From Antedon mediterranea (taxonomy: Eukaryota; Animalia; Echinodermata), in NCBI RefSeq assembly GCF_964355755.1, contig NW_027306095.1, positions 62,001-126,000 of the forward strand: 64,000 nucleotides of DNA, read 5' to 3'. How positions within the stretch are numbered: position 1 is the first letter of the stretch; each line of letters begins with the position of its first letter. Shown here in pieces: positions 10,701 through 24,900 of this stretch. A model generated the notes under the pieces. It made no database searches. It worked only from the letters and a program-made list of their open reading frames with translations, and was not told the origin of the DNA. The position numbers were made by a program, and so were the translations under genes.

Positions 10701-13700
10701 AGCTATTTTGTGCACTTTGATGTTTTTTTGTGAAAAGTTTCATCGAAATGCACAAAATGGTCTAAAACGTCTCTAAATGCGATTTGAAGCTATTTTGTGC
10801 ACTTTGTCGTTTTTGTGTGAAAAGTTTCATCTAAATGCTCAAAATGGTCTAAAACGTCTCCAAATGCGATTTGAAGCAATTTTGTGCACTTTGATGTTTT
10901 TGTGTGAAAAGTTTCATCGAAATGCACAAAATGGTCTAAAACGTCTGCAAATGCGATTTGAAGCTATTTTGTGCACTTTGATGTTTTGTGTAATCCAGTT
11001 TCATCGAAATGTACAAAATTGTCTAAAACGTCTCTAAATGCGATTTGAAGCTATTTTGTGCACTTTGTCGTTTTTGTGTGAAAAGTTTTTTCGAAATGCA
11101 CAAAATGGTCTAAAACGTCTCCAATTGCGATTTGAAGTTATTTTGTGCACTTTGATGTTTTGTGTGAAAAGTTTTATCGAAATGCTCAAAATGGTCTAAA
11201 ACGGTTTCAAATGTGAATTTAAGCACTTTGATATTTTTGTGTAATCAAGTTTCTTCGAAATGCACAAAATGGTCTAAAACGTCTGCAAATGCGATTTAAA
11301 GCTATTTTGTGCACTTCAATGTTTTGTGTGAAAAGTTTTATCGAAATTCTCAAAATGGTCTAAAACGGTTTCAAATGTGATTTTAAGCACTTTGATGTTT
11401 TTGTGTAATCAAGTTTCATCGAAATGCACAAAATGGTTTAAAACGTCTGCAAATGCGATTTGAAGCTATTTTGTGCACTTTGATGTTTTTGTGTGAAAAG
11501 TTTCATCGAAATGCACAAAATTGTCTAAAACGTCTCCAAATACGATATTAAGCTATTGTATGCACTTTGATGTTTTTGAGTGAAAAGTTTCTTCGAAATG
11601 CACAAAATGTTCTAAAACGTCTCCAAATGCCATTTGGAGCTCTTTTGTGCACTTTAATTTTTTTTGTGTAAAAAGTTTGCTATTTTGTGCACTTTTAATG
11701 TTTTGTGTGAAAAGTTTTATCGAAATGCTCAAAATTGTCTAAAACGGTTTCAAATGTGATTTTAAGCACTTTGATATTTTTGTGTAATCAAGTTTTTTCG
11801 AAATGCACAACATGGTCTAAAACGTCTCCAAATGCGATTTGAAGCTATTTTGTGCACTTTGATGTTTTTGTGTGAAAAGTTTCATCGAAATGCACAAAAT
11901 GGTCTAAAACGTCTCTAAATGCGATTTGAAGCTATTTTGTGCACTTTGATGTTTTTGTGTGAAAAGTTTCATCGAAATGCACAAAATGGTCTAAAACGTC
12001 TCTAAATGCGATTTGAAGCTATTTTGTGCACTTTGTCGTTTTTGTGTGAAAAGTTTCATCGAAATGCTCAAAATGGTCTAAAACGTCTGCAAATGCGATT
12101 TGAAGCTATTTTGTGCACTTTGATGTTTTTGTGTGAAAAGTTTCATCGAAATGCTCAAAATGGTCTAAAACGTCTTCAAATGCGATTTGAAGCAATTTTG
12201 TGCACTTTGATGTTTTTGTGTGAAAAGTTTCATCGAAATTCACAAAATGGTCTAAAACGTCTGCAAATGCGATTTGAAGCTATTTTGTGCACTTTGATGT
12301 TTTTTTGTGAAAAGTTTCATCGAAAGGCACAAAATTGTCTAAAACGTCTCTAAATGCGATTTGAAGCTATTTTGTGCACTTTGTCGTTTTTGTGTGAAAA
12401 GTTTCATCGAAATGCTCAAAATGGTCTAAAACGTCTCCAAATGCGATTTGAAGCAATTTTGTGCACTTTGATGTTTTTGTGTGAAAAGTTTCATCGAAAT
12501 GCACAAAATGGTCTAAAACGTCTGCAAATGCGATTTGAAGCTATTTTGGGCACTTTGTCGTTTTTGTGTGAAAAGTTTTTTCGAAATGCACAAAATGGTC
12601 TAAAACGACTCCAAATGCGATTTGAAGCAATTTTGTGCACTTTGATGTTTTGTGTAATCCAGTTTCATCGAAATGTACAAAATTGTCTAAAACGTCTCTA
12701 AATTCGATTTGAAGCTATTTTGTGCACTTTGTCGTTTTTGTGTGAAAAGTTTCATCGAAATGCACAAAATGGTCTAAAACGTCTCCAATTGCGATTTGAA
12801 GCAATTTTGTGCACTTTGATGTTTTGTGTAATCCAGTTTCATCGAAATGTACAAAATTGTCTAAAACGTCTCTAAATGCGATTTGAAGCTATTTTGTGCA
12901 CTTTGTCGTTTTTGTGTGAAAAGTTTCATCGAAATGCACAAAATGGTCTAAAACGTCTCCAATTGCAATTTGAAGTTATTTTGTGCACTTTGATGTTTTG
13001 TGTGAAAGTTTTATTGAAATGCTCAAAATGGTCTAAAACGGTTTCAAATGTGATTTTAAGCACTTTGATATTTTTGTGTAATCAAGTTTCATCGAAATGC
13101 ACAAAATGGTCTAAAACGTCTGCAAATGCGATTTAAAGCTATTTTGTGCACTTTAATGTTTTGTGTGAAAAGTTTTATCGAAATTCTCAAAATAGTCTAA
13201 AACGGTTTCAAATGTGATTTTAAGCACTTTGATGTTTTTGTGTAATCAAGTTTTTTCGAAATGCACAACATGGTCTAAAACGTCTCCAAATGCGATTTGA
13301 AGCTATTTTGTGCACTTTCATGTTTTTGTGTGAAAAGTTTCATCGAATTGCACAAAATGGTCTAAAACGTCTCTAAATGCGATTTGAAGCTATTTTGTGC
13401 ACTTTGATGTTTTTGTGTGAAAAGTTTCATCGAAATGCACAAAATGGTCTAAAACGTCTCTAAATGCGATTTGAAGCTATTTTGTGCACTTTGTCGTTTT
13501 TGTGTGAAAAGTTTCATCGAAATGCACAAAATGGTCTAAAACGTCTCTAAATGCGATTTGAAGCTATTTTGTGCACTTTGTCGTTTTTGTGTGAAAAGTT
13601 TCATCGAAATGCTCAAAATGGTCTAAAACGTCTCCAAATGCGATTTGAAGCAATTTTGTGCACTTTGATGTTTTTGTGTGAAAAGTTTCATCGAAATGCA

Positions 13701-15970
13701 CAAAATGGTCTAAAACGTCTCTAAATGCGATTTGAAGCTATTTTGTGCACTTTGATGTTTTTTTGTGAAAAGTTTCATCGAAATGCACAAAATGGTCTAA
13801 AACGTCTCTAAATGCGATTTGAAGCTATTTTGTGCACTTTGTCTTTTTGGTGTGAAAAGTTTCATCGAAATGCTCAAAATGGTCTAAAACGTCTCCAAAT
13901 GCGATTTGAAGCAATTTTGTGCACTTTGATGTTTTTGTGTGAAAAGTTTCATCGAAATGCACAAAATGGTCTAAAACGTCTGCAAATGCGATTTGAAGCT
14001 ATTTTGTGCACTTTGATTTTTTTTTGTCAAAAGTTTCATCGAAAGGCACAAAATTGTCTAAAACGTCTCTAAATGCGATTTGAAGCTATTTTGTGCACTT
14101 TGTCGTTTTTGTGTGAAAAGTTTCATCGAAATTCTCAAAATGGTCTAAAACGTCTCCAAATGCGATTTGAAGCAATTTTGTGCACTTTGATGTTTTTGTG
14201 TGAAAAGTTTCATCGAAATGCACAAAATGGTCTAAAACGTCTGCAAATGCGATTTGAAGCTATTTTGTGCACTTTGTCGTTTTTGTGTGAAAAGTTTTTT
14301 CGAAATGCACAAAATGGTCTAAAACGTCTCCAAATGCGATTTGAAGCAATTTTGTGCACTTTGATGTTTTGTGTAATCCAGTTTCATCGAAATGTACAAA
14401 ATTGTCTAAAACGTCTCTGAATGCGATTTGAAGCTATTTTGTGCACTTTGTCGTTTTTGTGTGAAAAGTTTTTTCGAAATGCACAAAATGGTCTAAAACG
14501 TCTCCAAATGCGATGTGAAGCAATTTTGTGCACTTTGATGTTTTGTGTAATCCAGTTTCATCGAAATGTACAAAATTGTCTAAAACGTCTCTAAATGCGA
14601 TTTGAAGCTATTTTGTGCACTTTGTCGTTTTTGTGTGAAAAGTTTTTTCGAAATGCACAAAATGGTCTAAAACGTCTCCAATTGCGATTTGAAGTTATTT
14701 TGTGCACTTTGATGTTTTGTGTGAAAAGTTTTATCGAAATGCTCAAAATGGTCTAAAACGGTTTCAAATGTGATTTTAAGCACTTTGATATTTTTGTGTA
14801 ATCAAGTTTCATCGAAATGCACAAAATGGTCTAAAACGTCTGCAAATGCGATTTAAAGCTATTTTGTGCACTTTAATGTTTTGTGTGAAAAGTTTTATCG
14901 AAATTCTTAAAATGGTCTAAAACGGTTTCAAATGTGATTTTAAGCACTTTGATGTTTTTGTGTAATCAAGTTTCATCGAAATGTACAAAATGGTTTAAAA
15001 CGTCTGCAAATGCGATTTGAAGCTATTTTGTGCACTTTGATGTTTTTGTGTGAAAAGTTTCATCGAAATGCACAAAATTGTCTAAAACGTCTCCAAATAC
15101 GATATTAAGCTATTGTATGCACTTTGATGTTTTTGAGTGAAAAGTTTTTTCGAAATGCACAAAATGTTCTAAAACGTCTCCAAATGCGATTTGGAGCTCT
15201 TTTGTGCACTTTAATTTTTTTAGTGTAAAAAGTTTGCTATTTTGTGCACTTTTAATGTTTTGTGTGAAAAGTTTTATCGAAATGCTCAAAATTGTCTAAA
15301 ACGGTTTCAAATGTGATTTTAAGCACTTTGATTTTTTTGTGTAATCAAGTTTTTTCGAAATGCACAACATGGTCTAAAACGTCTCCAAATGCGATTTGAA
15401 GCTATTTTGTGCACTTTGATGTTTTTGTGTGAAAAGTTTCATCGAAATGCACAAAATGGTCTAAAACGTCTCTAAATGCGATTTGAAGCTATTTTGTGCA
15501 CTTTGATGTTTTTGTGTGAAAAGTTTCATCGAAAGGCACAAAATGGTCTAAAACGTCTCTAAATGCCATTTGAAGATATTTTGTGCACTTTGTCGTTTTT
15601 GTGTGAAAAGTTTCATCGAAATGCTCAAAATGGTCTAAAACGTCTCCAAATGCGATTTGAAGCTATTTTGTGCACTTTGATGTTTTTTTCTGAAAAGTTT
15701 CATCGAAATGCACAAAATGGTCTAAAACGTCTCTAAATGCGATTTAAAGCTATTTTGTGCACTTTGATGTTTTTGTGTGAAAAGTTTCATCGAAATGCAC
15801 AAAATGGTCTAAAACGTCTCTAAATGCGATTTGAAGCTATTTTGTGCACTTTGATGTTTTTTTGTGAAAAGTTTCATCGAAATGCACAAAATGGTCTAAA
15901 ACGTCTCTAAATGCGATTTGAAGCTATTTGTGCACTTTGTCGTTTTTGTGTGAAAAGTTTCATCGAAATG
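7705..15970 (-). repeat. 87-bp satellite array, block 2 (inverted, orientation B), ~8.3 kb
   Basis: From 7705 the sequence reads as the reverse complement of the monomer (TCGTTTTTGTGTGAAAAGTTTCATCGAAATGCACAAAATGG...). The MRFEAILCTL pseudo-ORFs switch to the + strand. Confidence 0.97.
8150..14690. repeat. ~2.2-kb segment duplicated at 4.34-kb spacing (~8150-10350 and ~12490-14690)
   Basis: Private variants in the same order in both copies: TTTTGGGCAC, AAACGACTCC, TTATTGAAAT, GCACTTTCATG, TCTTTTTGGTG, CTCTGAATG, CGATGTGAAG. ORF pairs 8535/12876 and 9471/13812 are offset by 4341. Confidence 0.85.
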
Positions 15971-15986
15971 CATTTCGATGAAACTT
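15955..15986. repeat. Perfect 32-bp spacer-less palindrome at the B-to-A orientation switch
   Basis: AAGTTTCATCGAAATG|CATTTCGATGAAACTT, centre at 15970/15971. Confidence 0.95.
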
Positions 15987-18900
15987 GATTACACAAAAAT
16001 ATCAAAGTGCTTAAAATCACATTTGAAACCGTTTTAGACCATTTTGAGCATTTCGATAAAACTTTTCACACAAAACATCAAAGTGCACAAATTAACTTCA
16101 AATCGCAATTGGAGACGTTTTAGACCATTTTGTGCATTTCGATTAAACTTTTCACACAAAAACGACAAAGTGCACAAAATAGCTTCAAATCGCATTTAGA
16201 GACGTTTTAGACAATTTTGTACATTTCGATGAAACTGGATTACACAAAAAATCAAAGTGCACAAAATTGCTTCAAATCGCATTTGGAGACGTTTTAGACC
16301 ATTTTGTGCATTTCGAAAAAACTTTTCACACAAAAACGACAAAGTGCACAAAATAGCTTCAAATCGCATTTGCAGACGTTTTAGACCATTTTGTGCATTT
16401 CGATGAAACTTTTCACACAAAAACATCAAAGTGCACAAAATTGCTTCAAATCGCATTTGGAGACGTTTTAGACCATTTTGAGCATTTCGATGAAACTTTT
16501 CACACAAAAACGACAAAGTGCACAAAATAGCTTCAAATCGCATTTAGAGACGTTTTAGACAATTTTGTGCCTTTCGATGAAACTTTTCACAAAAAAACAT
16601 CAAAGTGCACAAAATAGCTTCAAATCGCATTTGCAGACGTTTTAGACCATTTTGTGCATTTCGATGAAACTTTTCACACAAAAACATCAAAGTGCACAAA
16701 ATTGCTTCAAATCGCATTTGGAGACGTTTTAGACCATTTTGAGCATTTCGATGAAACTTTTCATACAAAAACATCAAAGTGCACAAAATAGCTTCAAATC
16801 GCATTTGCAGACGTTTTAGACCATTTTGTGCATTTCGATGAAACTTTTCACACAAAAACATCAAAGTGCACAAAATTTCTTCAAATCGCATTTGGAGACG
16901 TTTTAGACCATTTTGAGCATTTCGATGAAACTTTTCACACAAAAACGACAAAGTGCACAAAATAGCTTCAAATCGCATTTAGAGACGTTTTAGACCATTT
17001 TGTGCATTTCGATGAAACTTTTCACACAAAAACATCAAAGTGCACAAAATAGCTTCAAATCGCATTTAGAGACGTTTTAGACCATGTTGTGCATTTCGAA
17101 AAAACTTGATTACACAAAAATATCAAAGTGCTTAAAATCACATTTGAAACCGTTTTAGACAATTTTGAGCATTTCGATAAAACTTTTCACACAAAACATT
17201 AAAAGTGCACAAAATAGCAAACTTTTTACACAAAAAAAATTAAAGTGCACAAAAGAGCTCCAAATGGCATTTGGAGACGTTTTAGAACATTTTGTGCATT
17301 TCGAAAAAACTTTACACTCAAAAACATCAAAGTGCATACAATAGCTTAATATCGTATTTGGAGACGTTTTAGACAATTTTGTACATTTCGATGAAACTTT
17401 TCACACAAAAACATCAAAGTGCACAAAATAGCTTCAAATCGCATTTGCAGACGTTTTAAACCATTTTGTGCATTTCGATGAAACTTGATTACACAAAAAC
17501 ATCAAAGTCCTTAAAATCACATTTGAAACCGTTTTAGACCATTTTGAGCATTTCGATAAAACTTTTCACACAAAACATCAAAGTGCACAAAATAACTTCA
17601 AATCGCAATTGAAGACGTTTTAGACCATTTTGTGCATTTCGAAAAAACTTTTCACACAAAAACGACAAAGTGCACAAAATAGCTTCAAATCGCATTTAGA
17701 GACGTTTTAGACAATTTTGTACATTTCGATGAAACTGGATTACACAAAACATCAAAGTGCACAAAATAGCTTCAAATCGCATTTGCAGACGTTTTAGACC
17801 ATTTTGTGCATTTCGATGAAACTTTTCACACAAAAACATCAAAGTGCACAAAATTGCTTCAAATCGTATTTGGAGACGTTTTAGACCATTTTGAGCATTT
17901 AGATGAAACTTTTCACACAAAAACGACAAAGTGCACAAAATAGCTTCAAATCGCATTTAGAGACGTTTTAGACCATTTTGTGCATTTCGATGAAACTTTT
18001 CACAAAAAAACATCAAAGTGCACAAAATAGCTTCAAATCGCATTTAGAGACGTTTTAGACCATTTTGTGCATTTCGATGAAACTTTTCACACAAAAACAT
18101 CAAAGTGCACAAAATAGCTTCAAATCGCATTTAGAGACGTTTTAGACCATTTTGAGCATTTCGATGAAACTTTTCACACAAAAACGACAAAGTGCACAAA
18201 ATATCTTCAAATCGCATTTAGAGACGTTTTAGACCATTTTGTGCATTTCGATGAAACTTTTTACAAAAAAACATCAAAGTGCACAAAATAGCTTCAAATC
18301 GCATTTAGAGACGTTTTAGACCATTTTGTGCATTTCGATGAAACTTTTCACACAAAAACATCAAAGTGCACAAAATAGCTTCAAATCGCATTTGGAGACG
18401 TTTTAGACCATGTTGTGCATTTCGAAAAAACTTGATTACACAAAAATATCAAAGTGCTTAAAATCACATTTGAAACCGTTTTAGACAATTTTGAGCATTT
18501 CGAAAAAACTTTTCACACAAAACATTAAAGTTCACAAAATAGCAAACATTTTACACAAAACATCAAAGTGCACAAAAGAGCTCCAAATCGCATTTGGAGA
18601 CGTTTTAGACCATTTTGTGCATTTCGAAAAAACTTTTCACTGAAAAACAACAAAGTGCATACAATAGCTTAATATCGTATTTGGAGACGTTTTAGACAAT
18701 TTTGTGCATTTCGATGAAACTTTTCACACAAAAACATCAAAGTGCACAAAATAGCTTCAAATCGCATTTAGAGACGTTTTAGACCATTTTGTGCATTTCG
18801 ATGAAACTTTACACACAAAAACATCAAAGTGCACAAAATAGCTTCAAATCGCATTTAGAGACGTTTTAGACCATTTTGTGCATTTCGATGAAACTTTTCA

Positions 18901-21900
18901 CACAAAAACATCAAAGTGCACAAAATAGCTTCAAATCGCATTTGGAGACGTTTTAGACCATGTTGTGTATTTCGAAAAAACTTGATTACACAAAAATATC
19001 AAAGTGCTTAAAATCACATTTGAAACCGTTTTAGACAATTTTGAGCATTTTGAAAAAACTTTTCACACAAAACATTAAAGTTCACAAAATAGCAAACTTT
19101 TTACATAAAACATCAAAGTGCACAAAAGAGCTCCAAATCGCATTTGGAGACGTTTTAGACCATTTTGTGCATTTCGAAAAAACTTTTCACTGAAAAACAA
19201 CAAAGTGCATACAATAGCTTAATATCGTATTTGGAGACGTTTTAGAAAATTTTGTGCATTTCGATGAAACTTTTCACACAAAAACATCAAAGTGCACAAA
19301 ATAGCTTCAAATCGCATTTGCAGACGTTTTAAACCATTTTGTGCATTTCGATGAAACTTGATTACACAAAAACATCAAAGTGCTTAAAATCACATTTGAA
19401 ACCGTTTTAGACCATTTTGTGTATTTCGATAAAACTTTACACACAAAAACATCAAAGTGCACAAAATAGCTTCAAATCGCATTTAGAGACGTTTTAGACC
19501 ATTTTGTGTATTTCGATGAAACTTTTCACACAAAAACATCAAAGTGCACAAAATAGCTTCAAATCGCATTTGGAGACGTTTTAGTCCATGTTGTGCATTT
19601 CGAAAAAACTTGATTACACAAAAATATCAAAGTGCTTAAAATCACATTTGAAACCGTTTTAGACAATTTTGAGCATTTCGATAAAACTTTTCACACAAAA
19701 CATTAAAGTGCACAAAATAGCAAACTTTTTACACAAAACATCAAAGTGCACAAAAGAGCTCCAAATCGCATTGGGAGACGTTTTAGACCATTTTGTGCAT
19801 TTCGAAAAAACTTTTCACTCAAAAACATCAAAGTGCATACAATAGCTTAATATCGTATTTGGAGACGTTTTAGACAATTTTGTGCATTTCGATGAAACTT
19901 TTCACACAAAAACATCAAAGTGCACAAAATAGCTTCAAATCGCATTTGCAGACGTTTTAAACCATTTTGTGCATTTCGATGAAACTTGATTACACAAAAA
20001 CATCAAAGTGCTTAAAATCACATTTGAAACCGTTTTAGACCATTTTGAGCATTTCGATGAAACTTTTCACACAAAAACGACAAAGTGCACAAAATAGCTT
20101 CAAATCGCATTTAGAGACGTTTTAGACAATTTTGTGCATTTCGATGAAACTTTTCACAAAAAAACATCAAAGTGCACAAAATAGCTTCAAATCGCATTTA
20201 GAGACGTTTTAGACCATTTTGTGCATTTCGATGAAACTTTTCACAAAAAAACATCAAAGTGCACAAAATAGCTTCAAATCGCATTTAGAGACGTTTTAGA
20301 CCATTTTGTGCATTTCGATGAAACTTTTCACACAAAAACATCAAAGTGCACAAAATAGCTTCAAATCGCATTTAGAGACGTTTTAGACCATTTTGTGCAT
20401 TTCGATGAAACTTTTCACAAAAAAACATCAAAGTGCACAAAATAGCTTCAAATCGCATTTGGAGACGTTTTAGACCATTTTGAGCATTTCGATGAAACTT
20501 GATTACACAAAAATATCAAAGTGCTTAAAATCACATTTGAAACCGTTTTAGACCATTTAGAGCATTTCGATAAAACTTTTCACACAAAACATCAAAGTGC
20601 ACAAAATAACTTCAAATCGCATTTGGAGACGTTTTAGACCATTTTGTGCATTTCGAATAAACTTTTCACACAAAAACATCAAAGTGCACAAAATAGCTTC
20701 AAATCGCATTTGGAGACGTTTTAGACCATGTTGTGCATTTCGAAAAAACTTGATTACACAAAAATATCAAAGTGCTTAAAATCACATTTGAAACCGTTTT
20801 AGACAATTTTGAGCATTTCGATAAAACTTTTCACACAAAACATTAAAGTGCACAAAATAGCAAACTTTTTACACAAAACATCAAAGTGCACAAAAGAGCT
20901 CCAAATCGCATTGGGAGACGTTTTAGACCATTTTGTGCATTTCGAAAAAACTTTTCACTCAAAAACATCAAAGTGCATACAATAGCTTAATATCGTATTT
21001 GGAGACGTTTTAGACAATTTTGTGCATTTCGATGAAACTTTTCACACAAAAACATCAAAAGTGCACAAAATAGCTTCAAATCGCATTTGCAGACGTTTTA
21101 AACCATTTTGTGCATTTCGATGAAACTTGATTACACAAAAACATCAAAGTGCTTAAAATCACATTTGAAACCGTTTTAGACCATTTTGAGAATTTCGATA
21201 AAACTTTTCACACAAAACATTAAAGTGCACAAAATAGCTTCAAATCGCATTTGCAGACGTTTTAGACCATTTTGTGCATTTCGATGAAACTTGATTACAC
21301 AAAAATATCAAAGTGCTTAAAATCACATTTGAAACCGTTTTAGACCATTTTGAGCATTTCGATAAAACTTTTCACACAAAACATCAAAGTGCACAAAATA
21401 ACTTCAAATCGCAATTGGAGACGTTTTAGACCATTTTGTGCATTTCGAAAAAACTTTTCACACAAAAACGACAAAGTGCACAAAATAGCTTCAAATCGCA
21501 TTTGCAGACGTTTTAGACCATTTTGTGCATTTCGATGAAACTTTTCACACAAAAACATCAAAGTGCACAAAATTGCTTCAAATCGCATTTGGAGACGTTT
21601 TAGACCATTTTGAGCATTTCGATGAAACTTTTCACACAAAAACGACAAAGTGCACAAAATAGCTTCAAATCGCATTTAGAGACGTTTTAGACAATTTTGT
21701 GCATTTCGATGAAACTTTTCACAAAAAAACATCAAAGTGCACAAAATAGCTTCAAATCGCATTTAGAGACGTTTTAGACCATTTTGTGCATTTCGATGAA
21801 ACTTTTCACAAAAAAACATCAAACTGCACAAAATAGCTTCAAATCGCATTTAGAGACGTTTTAGACCATTTTGTGCATTTCGATGAAACTTTTCACACAA

Positions 21901-24900
21901 AAACATCAAAGTGCACAAAATAGCTTCAAATCGCATTTAGAGACGTTTTAGACCATTTTGTGCATTTCGATGAAACTTTTCACAAAAAAACATCAAAGTG
22001 CACAAAATAGCTTCAAATCGCATTTGGAGACGTTTTAGACCATTTTGAGCATTTCGATGAAACTTGATTACACAAAAATATCAATGTGCTTAAAATCACA
22101 TTTGAAACCGTTTTAGACCATTTTGAGCATTTCGATAAAACTTTTCACACAAAACATCAAAGTGCACAAAATAACTTCAAATCGCATTTGGAGACGTTTT
22201 AGACCATTTTGTGCATTTCGAATAAACTTTTCACACAAAAACATCAAAGTGCACAAAATAGCTTCAAATCGCATTTGGAGACGTTTTAGACCATGTTGTG
22301 CATTTCGAAAAAACTTGATTACACAAAAATATCAAAGTGCTTAAAATCACATTTGAAACCGTTTTAGACAATTTTGAGCATTTCGATAAAACTTTTCACA
22401 CAAAACATTAAAGTGCACAAAATAGCAAACTTTTTACACAAAACATCAAAGTGCACAAAAGAGCTCCAAATCGAATTTGGAGACGTTTTAGACCATTTTG
22501 TGCATTTCGAAAAAACTTTTCACTCAAAAACATCAAAGTGCATACAATAGCTTAATATCGTATTTGGAGACGTTTTAGACAATTTTGTGCATTTCGATGA
22601 AACTTTTCACACAAAAACATCAAAGTGCACAAAATAGCTTCAAATCGCATTTGCAGACGTTTTAAACCATTTAGTGCATTTCGATGAAACTTGATTACAC
22701 AAAAACATCAAAGTGCTTAAAATCACATTTGAAACCGTTTTAGACCATTTTGAGAATTTCGATAAAACTTTTCACACAAAACATTAAAGTGCACAAAATA
22801 GCTTTAAATCGCATTTGCAGACGTTTTAGACCATTTTGTGCATTTCGATGAAACTTGATTACACAAAAATATCAAAGTGCTTAAAATCACATTTGAAACC
22901 GTTTTAGACCATTTTGAGCATTTCGATAAAACTTTTCACAAAAAACATTAAAGTGCACAAAATAGCAAACTTTTTACACAAAAAAAAATTAAAGTGCACA
23001 AAAGAGCTCCAAATCGCATTTGGAGACGTTTTAGACCATTTTGTGCATTTCGAAAAAACTTTTCACTCAAAAACATCAAAGTGCATACAATAGCTTAATA
23101 TCGTATTTGGAGACGTTTTAGACAATTTTGTGCATTTCGATGAAACTTTTCACACAAAAACATCAAAGTGCACAAAATAGCTTCAAATCGCATTTGCAGA
23201 CGTTTTAAACCATTTTGTGCATTTCGATGAAACTTGAATACACAAAAACATCAAAGTGCTTAAAATCACATTTGAAACCGTTTTAGACCATTTTGAGAAT
23301 TTCGATAAAACTTTTCACACAAAACATTAAAGTGCACAAAATAGCTTCAAATCGCATTTGCAGACGTTTTAGACCATTTTGTGCATTTCGATGAAACTTG
23401 AATACACAAAAATATCAAAGTGCTTAAAATCACATTTGAAACCGTTTTAGACCATTTTGAGCATTTCGATAAAACTTTTCACACAAAACATCAAAGTGCA
23501 CAAAATAACTTCAAATCGCAATTGGAGACGTTTTAGACCATTTTGTGCATTTCGAAAAAACTTTTCACACAAAAACGACAAAGTGCACAAAATAGCGTCA
23601 AATCGCATTTAGAGACGTTTTAGACAATTTTGTACATTTCGATGAAACTGGATTACACAAAACATCAAAGTGCACAAAATAGCTTCAAATCGCATTTGCA
23701 GACGTTTTAGACCATTTTGTGCATTTCGATGAAACTTTTCACACAAAAACATCAAAGTGCACAAAATTGCTTCAAATCGCATTTGGAGACGTTTTAGACC
23801 ATTTTGAGCATTTCGATGAAACTTTTCACACAAAAACGACAAAGTGCACAAAATAGCTTCAAATCGCATTTAGAGACGTTTTAGACCATTTTGTGCATTT
23901 CGATGAAACTTTTCACAAAAAAACATCAAAGTGCACAAAATAGCTTCAAATCGCATTTAGAGACGTTTTAGACCATTTTGTGCATTTCGATGAAACTTTT
24001 CACACAAAAACATCAAAGTGCACAAAATAGCTTCAAATCGCATTTAGAGACGTTTTAGACCATTTTGAGCATTTCGATGAAACTTTTCACACAAAAACGA
24101 CAAAGTGCACAAAATAGCTTCAAATCGCATTTAGAGACGTTTTAGACCATTTTGTGCATTTCGATGAAACTTTTCACACAAAAACATCAAAGTGCACAAA
24201 ATAGCTTCAAATCGCATTTAGAGACGTTTTAGACCATTTTGAGCATTTCGATAAAACTTTTCACACAAAACATCAAAGTGCACAAAATAACTTCAAATCG
24301 CAATTGGAGACGTTTTAGACCATTTTGTGCATTTCGAAAAAACTTTTCACACAAAAACGACAAAGTGCACAAAATAGCTTCAAATCGCATTTGCAGACGT
24401 TTTAGAAGATTTTGTGCATTTCGATGAAACTTTTCACACAAAAACATCAAAGTGCACAAAATTGCTTCAAATCGCATTTGGAGACGTTTTAGACCATTTT
24501 GAGCATTTCGATGAAACTTTTCACACAAAAACGACAAAGTGCACAAAATAGCTTCAAATCGCATTTAGAGACGTTTTAGACAATTTTGTGCCTTTCGATG
24601 AAACTTTTCACAAAAAAACATCAAAGTGCACAAAATAGCTTCAAATCGCATTTGCAGACGTTTTAGACCATTTTGTGCATTTCGATGAAACTTTTCACAC
24701 AAAAACATCAAAGTGCACAAAATTGCTTCAAATCGCATTTGGAGACGTTTTAGACCATTTTGAGCATTTCGATGAAACTTTTCACACAAAAACATCAAAG
24801 TGCACAAAATAGCTTCAAATCGCATTTGCAGACGTTTTAGACCATTTGGTGCATTTCGATGAAACTTTTCACACAAAAACATCAAAGTGCACAAAATTGC

